Source of the DNA: an uncultured Clostridia bacterium
GTDB taxonomy: Bacteria > Bacillota > Clostridia > Oscillospirales > Oscillospiraceae
Reading direction: 5' to 3'
Length of the DNA stretch: 64,000 bases
NCBI GenBank assembly: GCA_947165085.1
Contig: CAMUZA010000002.1
Location: 6,844 to 70,843 of the forward strand
Shown: positions 10,915 to 21,034 of the stretch, piece after piece
Layout: each line of letters begins with the position of its first letter
How positions within the stretch are numbered: position 1 is the first letter of the stretch
Made by a program: the position numbers and the translations under genes
Notes under the pieces: model-generated
What the model was told of the DNA's origin: nothing
The model's database searches: none
What the model saw: only the letters and a program-made list of their open reading frames with translations

Positions 10915-11777
10915 GTTTCAGGCTCCTCCAAGGTAAACCGTCCGATCTTGCAGCTTCTGTATTCTTCCATCAGCACTCTTGCCATGCGTTCAGTGTTGAT
11001 CTCGCCGCGCGTCAATAAGAAGCCGCGCTTCCGGCCGGCTTCTTCCAGCAATTCATAGCCCTTTGCGTCCTCCGGCAGATCGATTTTGTACCGTTCGCGC
11101 AGGGCGTCAGGATAGCGGCGCCAAAGCAGGGCGATCAGGTTGCAGGCAAGGGTTTCGATATCGAGAATGTCATCCTTGACCGCGCCGGTATAGGCCAGAC
11201 GCCTGCCGACCTCTTCATCGTCGAATCTCGGCCAGAGAATGCCCGGCGTATCCAGAAGCAGGAGTCCGTTATCCACCGTGACCCACTGCTTGCCGCGTGT
11301 CACGCCGGGGCGGTTTTCCGCCTTCGCACCTTTTCGTCCGGAGATCTGGTTGATAAAGGTCGATTTACCGACGTTCGGAATCCCGACGATCATCAGCTTG
11401 AGCGGTTTATTGACAAAACCGCGCTCCTGATAGCGCTGCAGTTTTTCGGAAAGCAGTTCGCGCACTGCGGGAATAAAGCGGTCGATTCCCTTTCGGCTCT
11501 TGCAGTCCGTTTTGAGAACGCAGTAGCCCTTGCCCTTGAAATAGTCGCTCCAACGTGTCGTCGCGGCGGGATCGGCAAGGTCGATCCGGTTCAGGATGAC
11601 CATGCGCGGCTTTTTACCGCAGATGATGTCGATATCCGGATTGCGGCTTGCCATTGGGATCCGGGCGTCCAAGAGTTCACACACTGCGTCCACAAGTTTG
11701 AGGTCTTCCTCCATCTGTCGGCGCGTTTTCGTCATGTGCCCCGGATACCACTGAATGTTCATCTTATCGTCCATCAT
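10911..11777 (-). CDS. rbgA: Ribosome biogenesis GTPase RbgA (YlqF)
   Basis: IQWYPGHM, DARIP, GIPNVGKST, LLDTPGILWP. Confidence 0.96.
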   Translation of the reverse strand: MMDDKMNIQWYPGHMTKTRRQMEEDLKLVDAVCELLDARIPMASRNPDIDIICGKKPRMVILNRIDLADPAATTRWSDYFKGKGYCVLKTDCKSRKGIDRFIPAVRELLSEKLQRYQERGFVNKPLKLMIVGIPNVGKSTFINQISGRKGAKAENRPGVTRGKQWVTVDNGLLLLDTPGILWPRFDDEEVGRRLAYTGAVKDDILDIETLACNLIALLWRRYPDALRERYKIDLPEDAKGYELLEEAGRKRGFLLTRGEINTERMARVLMEEYRSCKIGRFTLEEPET

Positions 11778-12433
11778 GACACCGTTCCGAACCGTCCGAA
11801 GTCACGAGAGCCGGTCACCGGATTCTTTCCCGGCAGAACGATCATCAGCACTTTCCCAAGCACCTGATTCAGCTTGATCTGCCCGATCATCGGATTGCGG
11901 CTGTCTGCGGAGTTGTTGCGGTTATCGCCCATCACGAAAACGCAGTCCTTGTCAACTGTGACAACCATCGGCACTGTATATCTGGCTTCCATCAGATCCT
12001 TGATGTAAGGTTCGTTCAGCAGGACGTCGTCCACCCAGACGCGGATGTCGCCTTTTTTATCGTAGTCGATCCGCACCGTTTGACCCTCCGTGGCGATCAC
12101 GCGCTTGACGATCGGCTCGCCGTTATTGAATTCCAGCTTGCGCGCAACGATGATATCGCCGTATTCCAGATCGCCCATGATGACGTTGCTCTGCAGTGCG
12201 AGATAGTCGCTGTCCTGCAGGGTCGGCAGCATCGACTCGCCGTTTACGCCAACCAAACGCACAAAAAAGACAAAGATCAGCGTGATCGCAGCGAGAATAT
12301 AAACGAGGTCGTGCAATAACGCATAAATATCGTAAAGGAAACCGCCCTTTTTCTCTTCGGTCTTTACTTCCGGCGTTTCTTCCGTATTCTCTTCCGGCGT
12401 TTCTTCCGTATTCTGTTCCAGATGCTCTTCCAT
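11774..12433 (-). CDS. lepB: Signal peptidase I
   Basis: VNGESMLPTL (catalytic Ser), IVKRVIA (Lys), GDNRNNSADSR; start placed at MEEHLE. Confidence 0.93.
   Translation of the reverse strand: MEEHLEQNTEETPEENTEETPEVKTEEKKGGFLYDIYALLHDLVYILAAITLIFVFFVRLVGVNGESMLPTLQDSDYLALQSNVIMGDLEYGDIIVARKLEFNNGEPIVKRVIATEGQTVRIDYDKKGDIRVWVDDVLLNEPYIKDLMEARYTVPMVVTVDKDCVFVMGDNRNNSADSRNPMIGQIKLNQVLGKVLMIVLPGKNPVTGSRDFGRFGTVS
12367..12414. repeat. Perfect 24-bp tandem duplication in the lepB 5' end
   Basis: cttccggcgtttcttccgtattct x2; encodes the repeated NTEETPE. Confidence 0.9.
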
Positions 12434-12515
12434 ACACGCCATTCCTTTCTGCATTCATAGTTTTCCTAATAAACGATTATACACCAAAGCGGAACAGAAA
12501 TAAAGAAGAAATTGT

Positions 12516-12547
12516 AAAAAACGTCCGGTGTTTTGCACCGGACGTTT
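12516..12547 (-). terminator. Rho-independent terminator after valS
   Basis: aaacgtccggtg / caccggacgttt inverted repeat with a T6 run on the minus strand. Confidence 0.8.
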
Positions 12548-12552
12548 CAGGA

Positions 12553-15186
12553 TTATAACGATTTCAGCCGCGCTTCGCTCTCTTCAAGCTGCTTCAGAAG
12601 CGCTTCGTACTTCTCCGCCTTTGCGCGCTCGGCGGCGACGACTTGCTCCGGCGCCTTGGCGACAAAGCCTGCGTTATTGAGCTTTGCGCGGATACCGGCA
12701 AGACCCTTTTCGGTCTTTTCCTTCTCTTTTGCGATACGGTCGAGCTCTTTCTCCACGTCCACAAGCTGGCTCATTGGCATATAAAGCGCCGCGTCATGGG
12801 TCACGCAGGACGCCATGGACTCGTGACCGTCCGGCTCCGAAGCGGAAACGATGACGTCGTCTGCATAGGCAAGGCGTGTGATGAAGCCCTTTCCGGCTTC
12901 AAAGATCTCCGGTCTGCGCGTGACGATATAGAGCGTGCATTTCTTCGAAGGCGGCACGTTCATCTCCGCTCTGCGGTTGCGGACGGCGCGGATCGCGTTC
13001 ATGATGCTCTCCATCGCCTCTTCCTCGGCCTTGAAGCTGAGGTCTTCGCGGTACTTCGGCCACGACGCGACGATCAGCGCCTCGCCCTCGTGCGGGATCG
13101 CCTGCCAGATCTCTTCCGTGATAAACGGCATGAACGGATGCATCAGGCGCAGGATCTGATCAAGTACGTACAAAAGCACCTTCTGCGCAGACGTCTTGCT
13201 TTGCGCATCTTCACCGTAGAGGCGCGCCTTTGTCAGCTCGATATACCAGTCGCAGTAGCTGTCCCAGATGAAGTCATAGACCTTCTGCACTGCAATGCCG
13301 AGCTCATACTTATCAAGATTCTCCGTCACGTCGGCGATCAGCGTATTGAGCTTCGAAAGGATCCACTTGTCCGCCGTTTTCAGCTCTGTAAGCGCGGGCA
13401 GCTCGTTCTTGTCGATGCTGAGATTCATCATGACGTAGCGGCTTGCGTTCCAGAGCTTGTTCGCAAAGTTGCGCATCGCCTCGCAGCGCTCAACGTAGAA
13501 GCGCATATCATTGCCGGGCGAGTTCGACGTGACCATGTTCATGCGCAGCGCGTCGGAGCCGAAGCGGTCGATCATTTCCAGAGGATCGATGCCGTTGCCG
13601 AGCGACTTCGACATCTTCCTGCCCTTGTCGTCGCGGATCAGGCCGTGAATCAGGACGGTATGGAAGGGCGGCTTCCCCGTCTGCTTGCAGGCGGAGAAGA
13701 TCATGCGGGAAACCCAGAAGAAGATAATATCGTAGCCGGTGACCAAAACGTCGGTCGGATAGAAGTACTTGTAGTCCTCCGAATCCGTATCCGGCCAGCC
13801 GAGTGTTTCAAAGGGCCACAGAGCAGACGAAAACCAGGTGTCAAGCACGTCTTCTTCGCGGGTGATCTTCTTACTGCCGCATTTTTCGCAGCAGGTCGCG
13901 TCCTCACGAGAGACGGTGATGTGCCCGCAGTCGGAACAGTACCATGCGGGGATCTGATGTCCCCACCAGAGCTGGCGGGAAATGCACCAGTCGCGCACGT
14001 TTTCCATCCAGTTGGTGTAGATCTTCGTGAAACGCTCCGGAACGAATTTCGTTTCGCCCTCTTTCACGACGTGCAGCGCTTCCTCCGCCAGCGGCTTCAT
14101 CTTCACAAACCACTGCGCGGAGATGATCGGCTCGACGTCGCGGTGGCAGCGATAGCAGGTGCCGACGTTGTGGCTGTACGGCTCGACCTTGACAAGATAA
14201 CCCTGCTCGTCCAGATCGGCGACGATCTGCTTTCTCGCATCGTAGCGGTCGAGTCCCTCGTACTTGCCGCCGAACTCGTTGACCTTTCCGTTGTCGTCCA
14301 GTACGCGGATGACTTCCAGATTGTGGCGCAGACCGACCTCAAAGTCGTTTGGATCGTGCGCGGGGGTCATTTTGACGCAGCCCGTGCCGAAGTCCATCTC
14401 CGCGTAGTCGTCGGCAACGATCGGAATCTCTTTGTTCACAAGCGGCAGGATGACGGTCTTGCCGACGATATCCTTGTAGCGTTCGTCGTTCGGGTTAACG
14501 CAGACGCCGGTATCGCCGAGCATCGTCTCCGGTCTCGTCGTCGCGACAATGACCTCGCCGCTGCCGTCCGCAAGCGGATAGCGGATGTGCCACAGATTAC
14601 CCGGCTTGTCGATATACTCGACCTCCGCGTCAGACAGCGCGGTCACGCAGTGCGGACACCAGTTGATGATCCGGCTGCCTTTATAGATCAAGCCTTGCTC
14701 ATAGAGGTTGACAAAGACCTCGCGCACGGCCTTGGAGCAGCGCTCGTCCATGGTAAAGCATGCGCGGTCCCAGTCGCAGGACGCGCCGAGCTTCTTCTGC
14801 TGTTCGACGATCCGATTGCCGTACTGATGCTTCCACGCCCAGACCTTTTCGAGGAATTTTTCTCTGCCGAGGTCATAGCGCGTAATTCCATCTTTACGCA
14901 GCTCTTCCTCGACCTTGATCTGCGTGGCGATGCCGGCGTGATCGACGCCGGGAAGCCACAGCGCGGCGTAGCCCTGCATGCGCTTGAATCGGATCAGCAC
15001 GTCCTGCAGCGCCGCGTCCATGGCGTGACCCATGTGAAGCTGACCCGTGACATTGGGGGGCGGCATGACGATCGTAAACGGTTTCTTATTTGGATCGCGC
15101 TCCGCGTGGAAGTAGCCGCCGTCGCACCAGAACTGGTAGAGCTTGGACTCCACTTCCTGCGGATTATAGGTTTTCGGTAATTCCAT
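12553..15186 (-). CDS. valS: Valine--tRNA ligase
   Basis: [13 protein letters not shown] (HIGH), [18 protein letters not shown]-terminal coiled-coil arm. Confidence 0.98.
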   Translation of the reverse strand: MELPKTYNPQEVESKLYQFWCDGGYFHAERDPNKKPFTIVMPPPNVTGQLHMGHAMDAALQDVLIRFKRMQGYAALWLPGVDHAGIATQIKVEEELRKDGITRYDLGREKFLEKVWAWKHQYGNRIVEQQKKLGASCDWDRACFTMDERCSKAVREVFVNLYEQGLIYKGSRIINWCPHCVTALSDAEVEYIDKPGNLWHIRYPLADGSGEVIVATTRPETMLGDTGVCVNPNDERYKDIVGKTVILPLVNKEIPIVADDYAEMDFGTGCVKMTPAHDPNDFEVGLRHNLEVIRVLDDNGKVNEFGGKYEGLDRYDARKQIVADLDEQGYLVKVEPYSHNVGTCYRCHRDVEPIISAQWFVKMKPLAEEALHVVKEGETKFVPERFTKIYTNWMENVRDWCISRQLWWGHQIPAWYCSDCGHITVSREDATCCEKCGSKKITREEDVLDTWFSSALWPFETLGWPDTDSEDYKYFYPTDVLVTGYDIIFFWVSRMIFSACKQTGKPPFHTVLIHGLIRDDKGRKMSKSLGNGIDPLEMIDRFGSDALRMNMVTSNSPGNDMRFYVERCEAMRNFANKLWNASRYVMMNLSIDKNELPALTELKTADKWILSKLNTLIADVTENLDKYELGIAVQKVYDFIWDSYCDWYIELTKARLYGEDAQSKTSAQKVLLYVLDQILRLMHPFMPFITEEIWQAIPHEGEALIVASWPKYREDLSFKAEEEAMESIMNAIRAVRNRRAEMNVPPSKKCTLYIVTRRPEIFEAGKGFITRLAYADDVIVSASEPDGHESMASCVTHDAALYMPMSQLVDVEKELDRIAKEKEKTEKGLAGIRAKLNNAGFVAKAPEQVVAAERAKAEKYEALLKQLEESEARLKSL

Positions 15187-15206
15187 TTTGTCTTCTCCTT
15201 TGCATG

Positions 15207-15440
15207 AAAAAACGCCCCGAGCATAAAGCTCAGGGCGATAAAATACCGTGGTACCACCTGAATTCCCGCATAGCGGGCACTCAAACGCTCTGTAACGGGA
15301 GCGCCCGCGCCGACCTACTGCATTCGATCAGCGCACTCGGGAGCGACTTTCTCCGGCAGCCGACAGGAACTTGCACCAACCGTTCCCTCTCTGAAATCGG
15401 ATCGCACGGATACTCCTCTCCGTCGACGTGTTTTCAATCT
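15207..15440 (-). ncRNA. T-box riboswitch leader of valS
   Basis: T-box AATTCAGGTGGTACCACGG (15246-15264); Stem I motifs AGTA, AGAGAG, GGTGCAA; apparent specifier GTC (15345-15347); CCGTTA element; terminator 15207-15237. Confidence 0.9.
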
Positions 15441-15447
15441 TTTTGCT

Positions 15448-15476
15448 ATGATACCCAAATGACCGGCATTTGTCAA
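15448..15476 (-). promoter_or_regulatory. Sigma-A/70 promoter of the valS T-box leader
   Basis: Minus strand TTGACA-17 nt-TATCAT. Confidence 0.8.
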
Positions 15477-15479
15477 GTA

Positions 15480-17183
15480 TTATTTCGGCGCGTAAGCGTT
15501 CATCGCCTCTTCCAGACCGGCAAGCAGCGCTTTTGCCTTCTCCTGATCGAGATCGACTGCGGTCAGGTACAGCTTGACCTTCGGCTCCGTACCGGACGGA
15601 CGGACGATCACGCTGCCTTTGTCGCCGAGGGTCAGGGTGACGACGTTTGACTTCGGCAGGGTGACGGGCGTTTCCTCACCGGTCAGCATATCGCGCGAAA
15701 CGCGGCTTTGATAGTCGGTGCACACCGTCACGGGAATGCCGCACAGCTCCTTCGGCGTATTGGCGCGGAAGTCCGCCATGAATTTTGCCGACAGCTCCAT
15801 CGCGTTCGGACCCTTCAGCTCAATGCTGATGACCTTTGCTTCATGATAGCCGAGCTCCGCGTAGAGCGCGTCCATCTTCTGCGCCATATTCATGCCCTCG
15901 CGCTTCAGCTTCGCCGCCAGATCGCACGTCAGCATGGAAGCGACGACAGCGTCCTTATCTCTAGCGTAGGTGCCTTTGAGATAGCCGCAGCTTTCCTCAA
16001 AGCCGAAAACGAAGCGGTGTTCCTCACCTTTTTCTTCCAGCGAAAGTATCTCGCCGCCGATGTACTTGAAACCGGTCAGTACGGACTTCATGTTCACGCC
16101 GTACTTTGCAGCGACCTTGTCAGCCACCGGCGTAGAAACGATGCTCTTGACGGCGACGGGGTCCTTCGGCAGTCTTCCCTGCGCGGACAGCTCGCCGAGG
16201 ACGTAATCCAGCAGCAGGCAGCCGAGCTCATTGCCGGACAACTTGCGGAATCCGTCGCCCCAAGGGACGGCAATCGCTACGCGGTCACAGTCGGGGTCGG
16301 TGCCGAGGATCAGATCGGGATGGGTATTGCGCGCGATCTTGTAGCACTCGTTCAGCGCGGCGTCCGTCTCCGGATTCGGATATTCGCAGGTCTTAAAATC
16401 GCCGTCCGGCTGCTCCTGCACTTTGACCACGTCAATGTTGACGCCGATCCTGCCGAGAACTTCACGCACGGGCTTGTTGCCGGTGCCGCAGAGCGGCGTA
16501 TACAGCAAGTTCAAATTGTCGGACTTTTCCAGTGCGATCCGCTCGTTCAGAACGGTCTGATAATAGCGTTCCCAAAGCTCGGGCGCGATGTACTCGACCA
16601 ATCCGGCAGCCATCTGCTCTTCAAAGGACTTTTCCTGCGGGATAAAATACGGGGTCTTTGAAATCTCGCTAAAGACCACGGCAGCCGGCTCGTCCGTCAT
16701 CTGGCAGCCGTCAGACCCGTAGCATTTCACGCCGTTATATGCGCCTGCATTATGGCTTGCCGTGATCATGATGCCGCAGCCGCAGCCAAGTTGCCGGACG
16801 GCAAAGGAAAGCATCGGGGTCGGAGCAAGCTCGTGATAAACGTAGACGTGGATGCCGCGCTCGGCGAGCGCGCAGGCGCAGAGCTCGGCATATTTGCGCG
16901 AATTATGGCGCGAGTCATAGCCGATCGCGCATTTCTGCGGCAGATCTGTGCCGGAGAGCCACGCGGCGACGCCCTGCGCCGTGCGGCGTACGGTGAATCT
17001 GTTCAGACGGTTGGTGCCGATGCCCATGATGCCGCGGATACCGGCAGTGCCGAACTGCAGCTCTGCGCCGAAGGCGCTCTTCATCTCATCGTCATCGTTC
17101 GCCATGGCGTTCAGTTTTTCACGGCAGTTGTCGCAGACCGGCGCGTTTTCCAGCCAGTAACGGTAGCGTTCCAAGTAGTCCAT
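15480..17183 (-). CDS. pgm: Phosphoglucomutase / phospho-sugar mutase
   Basis: FGTAGIRG, ITASHN phosphoserine motif, DPDCDR, FGFEESCG, RPSGTEPKVK. Confidence 0.92.
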   Translation of the reverse strand: MDYLERYRYWLENAPVCDNCREKLNAMANDDDEMKSAFGAELQFGTAGIRGIMGIGTNRLNRFTVRRTAQGVAAWLSGTDLPQKCAIGYDSRHNSRKYAELCACALAERGIHVYVYHELAPTPMLSFAVRQLGCGCGIMITASHNAGAYNGVKCYGSDGCQMTDEPAAVVFSEISKTPYFIPQEKSFEEQMAAGLVEYIAPELWERYYQTVLNERIALEKSDNLNLLYTPLCGTGNKPVREVLGRIGVNIDVVKVQEQPDGDFKTCEYPNPETDAALNECYKIARNTHPDLILGTDPDCDRVAIAVPWGDGFRKLSGNELGCLLLDYVLGELSAQGRLPKDPVAVKSIVSTPVADKVAAKYGVNMKSVLTGFKYIGGEILSLEEKGEEHRFVFGFEESCGYLKGTYARDKDAVVASMLTCDLAAKLKREGMNMAQKMDALYAELGYHEAKVISIELKGPNAMELSAKFMADFRANTPKELCGIPVTVCTDYQSRVSRDMLTGEETPVTLPKSNVVTLTLGDKGSVIVRPSGTEPKVKLYLTAVDLDQEKAKALLAGLEEAMNAYAPK

Positions 17184-17200
17184 AGTATTCCTCCTATTTG

Positions 17201-17235
17201 AAAAAACAGGTCAATTGCTGAGAATTGACCTGTTT
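17201..17235 (-). terminator. Rho-independent terminator
   Basis: aaacaggtcaatt / aattgacctgttt inverted repeat with a T6 run on the minus strand. Confidence 0.75.
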
Positions 17236-17240
17236 AAGAA

Positions 17241-17744
17241 TTACACATCTTCGATAATTGCAGTATTCTGCTTCGGCGCCTGCGGATTGACAAGGCTGCG
17301 GAACTTTGCGCGGGAGTCACGGATCTCGGCAAGGGCCTCTGCGACAGCTTCTTCGGTACGGCGCAGGGAGTCGTCGACGTAGTCGTTCGTGACCTGCTTG
17401 AGCTCCTTGATCTTTTCCTGCGCGGCGCGCACCATTTCGTTCGCCTGCGTCTTCGCGTCGTTATAGACAGCTTCCTGAGAAACCAACTGACGCGCCTGCG
17501 CCTTGGCGTCTTTCAGGATGGTCTCTGCCTCGCGCTTCGCGCTGGTGATCAGCTCGGCACGGGATTCGACGATGGTCTTCGCTTGCTTCAGCTCGCCGGG
17601 GAGCTGGTTGCTGATCTCATCGAGCAGATCGAGCACGCGCTCGCGCTCTACGGAGCACTTGTCGCCGCTGAAGGGTACGCTCTTAGCGTCCTGCACCATT
17701 TCGTACAACGTGCCGATCAGTTCTTCAATGCCATGTTCGTTCAT
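17241..17744 (-). CDS. Conserved coiled-coil protein downstream of coaD (DivIVA/ATPase-subunit-like), function unknown
   Basis: Helical A/E/K/Q-rich heptads (AKREAETILKDAKAQARQLV); start overlaps the coaD stop. Confidence 0.75.
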   Translation of the reverse strand: MNEHGIEELIGTLYEMVQDAKSVPFSGDKCSVERERVLDLLDEISNQLPGELKQAKTIVESRAELITSAKREAETILKDAKAQARQLVSQEAVYNDAKTQANEMVRAAQEKIKELKQVTNDYVDDSLRRTEEAVAEALAEIRDSRAKFRSLVNPQAPKQNTAIIEDV

Positions 17745-18247
17745 TTTTCGTTCTCCTTATCGTCAGAAATGTTTCTAATTCTTTGCTTAAACTGTTCCAC
17801 GATCTGCGGCGGCAGGAGGCCGGAGACGTCCGCGCCGTAGAATCCGAGCTCCTTGACTGCGCTGGAACTGAGATACATATACTGGTGCTCGGCAGTCAGG
17901 AATAAGGATTCCAGATCGGGATTGAGCCTGCGGTTGATCATCGCCATCTGGAATTCCTTTTCAAAATCGGAGCCTGCGCGCAGACCTTTGATGATCGTAC
18001 AGCAGTGATGCGCTTTTGCATACTCCGCAAGGAGTCCGCCGTAGGAATCAATCTCGACGTTCGGAAGGTGCGCGCAAACAAGGCGAAGGAACCCCTCGCG
18101 TTCTTCCAGTGAAAACAGCGGCTTTTTCTCCGCGTTGACCATAACGCATACGATCACGCGGTCAAACAGCCTTGCGGCGCGCTCGATAACATTCAGATGA
18201 CCATTCGTTACGGGGTCGAAGCTGCCTGGATAGACGGCAATTCTCAT
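17741..18247 (-). CDS. coaD: Phosphopantetheine adenylyltransferase
   Basis: YPGSFDPVTNGHL, KGLRAGSDFE, YLSSSAVKE. Confidence 0.96.
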   Translation of the reverse strand: MRIAVYPGSFDPVTNGHLNVIERAARLFDRVIVCVMVNAEKKPLFSLEEREGFLRLVCAHLPNVEIDSYGGLLAEYAKAHHCCTIIKGLRAGSDFEKEFQMAMINRRLNPDLESLFLTAEHQYMYLSSSAVKELGFYGADVSGLLPPQIVEQFKQRIRNISDDKENEK

Positions 18248-18795
18248 AAGGTATCCTCCGCGCGGCGGAACAACGTGATTGTCGTCTTGCCGTAATTGTA
18301 GTCTTTGGAGCGCACCAGTCCCGGAAACTCGTCGTTCAACGGTTTCCCGAGCGGACGTTCTGCAATAATTATAGCACCTTCTGCCAAAATGTCAATTTCT
18401 GAGATGCGTTTTATTGCATTTTCTAAATATTTTTCTGCGTAAGGCGGGTCGAGAAAGATCAATCGAAAGCGCTTTCTGCATCGCGACAGATAGGACAGAT
18501 AATCCGTGCAGATCACGTCGGCTTTCTGCTCCAGATGCGTGCGGCGCAGATTCTCGCGAATGACGGAAACCGCGTCCGATCGTTCGTCAATAAAGACCGC
18601 GTGATCAGCTCCCCTGCTGAGCGCCTCAATGCCGAGCTGACCGGAGCCGGCAAACAGATCGAGCGCCTCTCCGGCAATTTCGTATTGAATAATGTTAAAC
18701 AGCGCTTCCTTCACTCTGTCCGCCGTCGGGCGGGTCGCAAGTCCTTGCGGCGCTTTCAGATTCGTACCGCGCGCACAACCGGTGATAACTCTCAT
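18244..18795 (-). CDS. rsmD: 16S rRNA (guanine(966)-N2)-methyltransferase
   Basis: RPTADRVKEALFN, DLFAGSGQLGIEALSRGA, FLDPPY. Confidence 0.95.
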   Translation of the reverse strand: MRVITGCARGTNLKAPQGLATRPTADRVKEALFNIIQYEIAGEALDLFAGSGQLGIEALSRGADHAVFIDERSDAVSVIRENLRRTHLEQKADVICTDYLSYLSRCRKRFRLIFLDPPYAEKYLENAIKRISEIDILAEGAIIIAERPLGKPLNDEFPGLVRSKDYNYGKTTITLFRRAEDTL

Positions 18796-20609
18796 TTCTC
18801 ACTCCGAAAATATGCAAATACTTTTTCCGCAGCCGTATGCGGGACAACTGTTTCCAGCTCTTCCAGACTCGCACTGCGGATCGCTGTGATCGACTTAAAA
18901 TGCTTCAGCAGCGCAAGCCGGCGCTTCTCGCCGATGCCCTCGATGCCGTCGAGCTGCGAACCCTTCACCCGTTTGCTTCGCAGTGTTCTGTGGTACGTGA
19001 TCGCAAAGCGGTGCGTCTCCTCCTGAATCCTGCCGATCAGGGCAAAGACCGCAGGCGTCGCCTGGATGCCGATCTCCTGTCCGTCCGGCGTGACGAGCGC
19101 TCTGGTACGGTGGCGGTTGTCCTTTACCATACCGTAGATCGGAAGATGGATCCCCATCAGATCCAGCGCTTCTTTGACCGTCTGCGCATGGACGGCGCCG
19201 CCGTCGATCAAAAGAACGTCGGGACATTCGTCGAAGCCCTTATCGCCGTCGAGATAATGGCAGAAGCGTCTGCAGAGTACCTGCCGCATCGAGCCGTAGT
19301 CGTCCTGATCATCCAGACCCTCGACCTTAAACCGCTTGTAATCGCTCTTCTTCGGTTTTCCGTCGACGAACACGGTCATTGACGCGACGATGTCCGTTCC
19401 GGCAGTATTGGAAATATCATAGGCCTCCATACGGGCGGGATAGTGCGGCAAACCGAGCATATTCTGCAGAAGAGTCATCGTGCCGCTCAGCCGTTCGGCG
19501 GCAGACGTAGCGCGCTCCGCTTCCTCCTGCGCGTTCTTGTTCGCAAGCTCGGACAGCTTCTTGCTGTCGCCTCTCTGCGCAACGATAAAGCGGACTTTCA
19601 GCTCCAGTTTTTCGAGCAGGAGCTGCGCAAACGGTGCTGCATCCTCCATGACAAAGGGCAGCAGTACCCGTTTCGGCGCGGCATTTCGCGCGAGATAATA
19701 CTGCTTGACGAGCGATGATAGAGCTTCGGCAGGCTCGTCCGTCGCGGGAAGAACTTCGTACTCCTTGTCCATCAGATTGCCGCCGATAAAGTGTAGCACA
19801 GTGAAGCATGCCTTCGCTTCCGTCTGATACCAGCCGATCACGTCCGTATCCGCCATCGTTCCTGCGGTGACCAATTGCTTCTGACTGAGCGATTCGATCG
19901 CCTTCAAACGGTCGCGGTAGAGCGCGGCGTGTTCAAAGTCCAACTGCTCGGCAGCCTGCTCCATTTTAGCCCGCAGATCGTCGCAGAGCGGCTTCTGCCG
20001 TCCCTCCAGCAGAAGCTGCGCCTGCTCCATCAGCGCGTGATATTCCGCCTGCGTCTTCTCCGCCCTGCACCAGCCGGCGCACAGTCCCAGATGATAATTC
20101 AGACACGGACGGTCTTTCCCGATATCGCGCGGAAATGATTTATTGCAGCCCGGCAGCCGGAAGGTCGTGCGGATGGTGTCGATCACCTGCTGCGATCTTC
20201 CTCTGCTGCCGTAGGGACCGAAGTACTTCGCGCCGTCGTTCTTCACGCGGTTGGCAAGCGTGATCCGCGGATATGCTTCGCGCAGGTCGAGGCGCAGATA
20301 GGGATAGCCTTTGTCATCCTTCAAAAGGATGTTGTACTTCGGCATGTAATGCTTGATCAGCGAGCATTCCAGCACCAGCGCCTCAAATTCCGACGCCGCG
20401 CGGATCGTCTCGAAATGGTCGACAAGAGAGACCATGCGGCGCGTTTTCGCGTTATGGGACGCAGTATCCTGAAAATACTGGCTGACGCGGTTCTTCAGTT
20501 TTTTCGCCTTGCCGACGTAAATGACAGTATCTGAGGCGTCCTTCATCAGATAGACGCCCGGCTCATAGGGCAGCGACAGCGCGGCGAGCTTCAGTTCTTC
20601 TCTCGTCAT
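18792..20609 (-). CDS. uvrC: Excinuclease ABC subunit C
   Basis: GIY-YIG (PGVYLM...IYVGKAKKLKNRVSQYF), YDISN, DGG, RDET-like QEETHRFA, C-terminal HhH; start at MTREEL. Confidence 0.96.
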   Translation of the reverse strand: MTREELKLAALSLPYEPGVYLMKDASDTVIYVGKAKKLKNRVSQYFQDTASHNAKTRRMVSLVDHFETIRAASEFEALVLECSLIKHYMPKYNILLKDDKGYPYLRLDLREAYPRITLANRVKNDGAKYFGPYGSRGRSQQVIDTIRTTFRLPGCNKSFPRDIGKDRPCLNYHLGLCAGWCRAEKTQAEYHALMEQAQLLLEGRQKPLCDDLRAKMEQAAEQLDFEHAALYRDRLKAIESLSQKQLVTAGTMADTDVIGWYQTEAKACFTVLHFIGGNLMDKEYEVLPATDEPAEALSSLVKQYYLARNAAPKRVLLPFVMEDAAPFAQLLLEKLELKVRFIVAQRGDSKKLSELANKNAQEEAERATSAAERLSGTMTLLQNMLGLPHYPARMEAYDISNTAGTDIVASMTVFVDGKPKKSDYKRFKVEGLDDQDDYGSMRQVLCRRFCHYLDGDKGFDECPDVLLIDGGAVHAQTVKEALDLMGIHLPIYGMVKDNRHRTRALVTPDGQEIGIQATPAVFALIGRIQEETHRFAITYHRTLRSKRVKGSQLDGIEGIGEKRRLALLKHFKSITAIRSASLEELETVVPHTAAEKVFAYFRSEK

Positions 20610-20626
20610 ATTTCCTCGGTTTAGAC

Positions 20627-20664
20627 AAAACTGTCCCAAGCGCATGCGCGTTTGGGACAGTTTT
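20627..20664 (-). terminator. Terminator-like hairpin after the HPr gene
   Basis: 13-bp inverted repeat aaaactgtcccaa / ttgggacagtttt. Confidence 0.65.
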
Positions 20665-20674
20665 ATGATTGATT

Positions 20675-20935
20675 TTAATAGATATCCTTTACAAGCATGG
20701 CAGACAGTTCTTTGACGGCCGCTTCTTCATCGGGGCCTTCCGCAAGCAGCGTGATCTCCGTGCCGGTCATAATGCCCATGGAAAGAACACCCAAAAGGCT
20801 TTTGGCGTTGATCTTGCGATCATCGGCTTCGATCCAGATGCTGGAACGGAATTCGTTCGCCTTCTGAATGAAGTAGGTTGCAAATTTGTTGTGAAGTCCG
20901 GATTCACATTTGACGACGGATTTTTCTGTATACAT
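20675..20935 (-). CDS. HPr family phosphocarrier protein
   Basis: GLH(15)..., INAKS(46)LLGVLS, G.DEEAAV; 86 aa. Confidence 0.9.
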   Translation of the reverse strand: MYTEKSVVKCESGLHNKFATYFIQKANEFRSSIWIEADDRKINAKSLLGVLSMGIMTGTEITLLAEGPDEEAAVKELSAMLVKDIY

Positions 20936-20983
20936 GCGCTGACACTCCTTAAAGAAATGCGAATGTGCTTTTAGCTATATGAT

Positions 20984-21012
20984 AATATACGCAACTCGAC
21001 CGGATTTGTCAA
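20984..21012 (-). promoter_or_regulatory. Sigma-A/70 promoter for the HPr gene
   Basis: Minus strand TTGACA-17 nt-TATATT. Confidence 0.75.
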
Positions 21013-21034
21013 CTATTATTTTCATTATGACAGC

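Noticed and set aside
12643-15180. 845-aa plus-strand ORF exactly antisense and in codon register with valS
   Set aside because: High GC3 codon bias removes antisense stops. The same shadow appears opposite tviB, phoH, fnlA and lon. It has no RBS or recognisable domain.
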